A DNA stretch of 63,942 nt, filler included, from Reticulomyxa filosa (Eukaryota > Protista > Foraminifera): the NCBI GenBank assembly GCA_000512085.1. It is 20 parts of 20 records of this genome, joined end to end, with 100 filler letters (N's around TTAATTAATTAA, not from the genome) between each part and the next. Parts side by side here need not be neighbours in the genome. Positions count along the whole stretch, not along the records: positions 62,662 to 63,942 come from ASPP01012001.1; 19 more parts are not named here. One strand, 5' to 3'. The notes under the pieces are model-generated. The model was not told the origin of the DNA. It saw nothing but the letters and a program-made list of their open reading frames with translations, and did no database searches. How positions within the stretch are numbered: the stretch's first letter is position 1; every line of letters starts with the position of its first letter. Shown here one piece after another: positions 63,411 through 63,942 of the stretch. A program made the translations under genes and the position numbers.

Positions 63411-63942
63411 TTGGACCGCTTTGTTTGTATTATTTTTTTATTTTTATTTGTATTGTCAGTATTATTATTTTTTTGTGGCCCCTTTTTTGAAATTTCAAGT
63501 TTGTACTCACTACATAAAGTAGGTTCATTTTATTAAAAACGTTTCTTGTTGCAAAGAAAATTTTTTGTTTCCAATATATACTATGTATAAATATATGATA
63601 ATGTGACTGAGATTTTGATTATTTTTTTTCCTTCAAAGTTTTTTGTGATTAAGTCAGAAGATATCTGCACACTCGTTTTAAGAGTAACTTCACCTTCTAT
63701 TTCATTTACGACCTGAAAGAGGAAAAACCAAATGACACGTTCCCCAAACAAACATTAACGCATCACTCTCGAGACACAATAGCAACAAAACAAGGACTCA
63801 AGTCAGGAATTCCACAGAAGAGATAAGAGGAAAAAAGAAAGAAACAAATTCGAGAAGAGGAAAAACCGATCGAAAAGATTATTATCATAACTTTTTTTAA
63901 ACAACTAAAAAAAAAAAAAAAACACCGTTTTTAGGTCAATTC

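Noticed and set aside
1-63942. tRNA, rRNA or CRISPR arrays
   Set aside because: None was recognised by eye. tRNAscan-SE and Infernal were not run.

Overview
This window is not one locus. It is 20 short contigs joined by 19 artificial 100-nt linkers (N44-TTAATTAATTAA-N44). Nineteen contigs are AT-rich, intron-rich eukaryotic DNA. Their WD40, caspase-like and kelch-like pseudogene families resemble the foraminiferan Reticulomyxa filosa (inference from family style, not a database hit). Recognisable eukaryotic genes are RPS11, RPL35 with an ~84-aa C-terminal tail, a Hub1/UBL5 domain apparently spliced onto an RD/RE-repeat N-terminus, a DHHC palmitoyltransferase, a histidine acid phosphatase, a multi-TM-RGS protein, a DH-domain RhoGEF, and FN3, FHA, SAM, W2 and RPEL-repeat proteins. 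There are many pseudogenes and two clear solo-LTR-like elements with 4-bp target-site duplications, plus a probable third. One contig (48555-50892) is bacterial. It holds the end of a high-GC MBL-fold hydrolase followed by a lower-GC divergent gene pair: an ApeA-like HEPN RNase (RNALIH motif) and a trypsin-like serine protease with an unrecognised N-terminal domain. That pair is the best candidate for an undescribed anti-phage system. Many single frameshifts fall in homopolymers and are probably sequencing errors. Exon boundaries were inferred by eye.
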